Source of the DNA: Chiloscyllium plagiosum
Taxonomy: Eukaryota
Direction: 5' to 3'
DNA length: 64,000 nt
Assembly (NCBI RefSeq): GCF_004010195.1
Contig: NC_057719.1
Location: 67,979,873-68,043,872, forward strand
This document shows positions 62,690-64,000 of this stretch, one piece after another. Made by a program: the position numbers and the translations under genes. Each line of letters begins with the position of its first letter. Position 1 is the stretch's first letter. The notes under the pieces were generated by a model. That model was not told the DNA's origin and did not search any database. It saw nothing but the letters and a program-made list of their open reading frames with translations.

Positions 62690-64000
62690 TCAGAACAATG
62701 CATATGCAATTACATTATCTTTTGCAGCAATGCGAATAATATCCATGTTAAGTGATTGCATGAAAAGACTCCAACTAGTTAGTGTTGCAATCCAAGTGTT
62801 AAAATTTTCAATGAAGGTTTGTGGATTACGATCAGTGCAAATTAGTATTGCCGTGACTGCGCCAGACAGAGACTTCAATGCTGAAGACCTAACAACAATC
62901 CCAACGTATCTTTTTCTGTGGTAGAGTACTTAGTCTGATAATACCTCACTGGTTTCTCTAGTCCCAACACATTATCCTGTAATAAGACTTTACCTACCCC
63001 CAGTGTCTAGCATCGATCACCATTTTGAAAGATCTGGAAAAATCAGGACAGGCAACAGTGATATACATTTATTAAGATTGACTTCAGCTTCTCAAAGACT
63101 GCTTGGTATTTTACTGACCACACCACTTTTGCTTATTTATTTTTAACAGACACATTAAAAATTACAGCTACTGTGCTGAAATGATGCCAAACTTCCTGGT
63201 AAAATGCACACATTCCCAAATATCTCATGATTTCTTAGTCAGTTTTAGGAACAGGGAATTTTTAGATTAGATTAGATTACTTACAGTATGGAAACAGGCC
63301 CTTCGGCCCAACAAGTCCATACCGCCCCGCCGAAGCGTAACCCACCCATACCCCTACATTTACCCCTTACCTAACACTATGGACAATTTAGCATGGCCAA
63401 TTCACCTGACCTGCACATCTTTGGACTGTGGGAGGAAACCGGAGCACCCGGAGGAAACCCACGCACACACGGGGAGAACGTGCAAACTCCACACAGTCAG
63501 TCGCCTGAGGCGGGAATTGAACCCGGGTCTCTGGCGCTGTGAGGCAGCAGTGCTAACCACTGTGCCACCGTGCCGCCCACTTATTACAGCCTTCACTTTT
63601 GCTGGCCATAGTAACCCTCGTCCTTGCTTGACAATATGCCCTAGGTAAGTAACTCCTGCTTTTACAAATTCAGTTTGGTTACATTTATTCTCAGCCAACT
63701 GCAATTATTTAAATAGGTCTTCTGTTTGTCGCACTTACTGCCTCCATGTGTCGCGATACATCACAACATCATCTAAATAAATTACACAGTTACATCTTGG
63801 ATACAACCTGGCTTTTAAGCCACTGAATGAAGATGGTCTGTACTTTAGCCCAAATGGCATCACTGGACATTGGTAAAACCCAACTAGTGTAACAAAAACA
63901 GCTATTTCTTTAGCCCTTGATGTTAATGGCAGTTGCCAGCATCCCTTAAACTGATTAATCTTAGAAAGGAACAAACTACTTCCAACCCGATCAATGCAAT
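62690..64000 (-). mobile_element. Ty3/Gypsy LTR retrotransposon pol relic (RT then RNase H), probably Gmr1-like; runs off the window end
   Basis: KGCWQLPLTSRAKEIAVFVT..GFYQCPVMPFGLK...CVIYLDDVV; EFVKAGVTYLGHIVKQG; beyond the SINE, FPVPKT..IMRYLGMCAFY; PDFSRSFKMVIDA; KYSTTEKDTLGL; TDRNP.TFI...KDNVIAYALF*. Confidence 0.88.
63262..63578 (-). mobile_element. HE1-type SINE, full length, young, nested in the Gypsy pol
   Basis: About 97% identical by eye to 3711-4037; interrupts AKVKAVI / FPVPKT. Confidence 0.93.

Overview
Vertebrate genomic DNA. The repeat content (HE1/V-SINE-type SINEs with (AATCT)n tails, CR1 and Penelope-like elements) points to an elasmobranch, probably a shark; this is an inference. 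The only protein-coding gene I can support is the 3' end of MEIS2 (TALE homeobox) on the + strand. Bases 1-25689 are the distal part of the long intron inside the homeodomain. Then come exon 10 (25690-25748, GC donor), exon 11 (28110/28131-28220, two acceptors), cassette exon 12 (28520-28615, own stop), exon 13 (30926-31212 CDS) and a ~1.1 kb 3'UTR (AATAAA 32285). Exon numbers are borrowed from mammalian MEIS2. A CpG-rich, apparently transposon-free zone (~32.7-39.5 kb) follows the gene, then repeat-dense intergenic DNA (43-64 kb) ending in a decayed Gypsy pol with a young SINE inserted in it. Main findings: (1) GT donor, stop codon and AATAAA overlap within 10 nt downstream of exon 10; (2) intron 11 is fully open in frame and carries NOVA/MBNL-type motif clusters; (3) a ~250-bp-arm palindromic element split by a CR1; (4) hammerhead-core motifs in Penelope termini; (5) a G.U-containing hairpin in intron 10; (6) TALE/HOX motif clusters in candidate conserved elements; (7) a possible Polycomb/CTCF element 3' of the gene. 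Repeat and regulatory boundaries are approximate. No searches were run.
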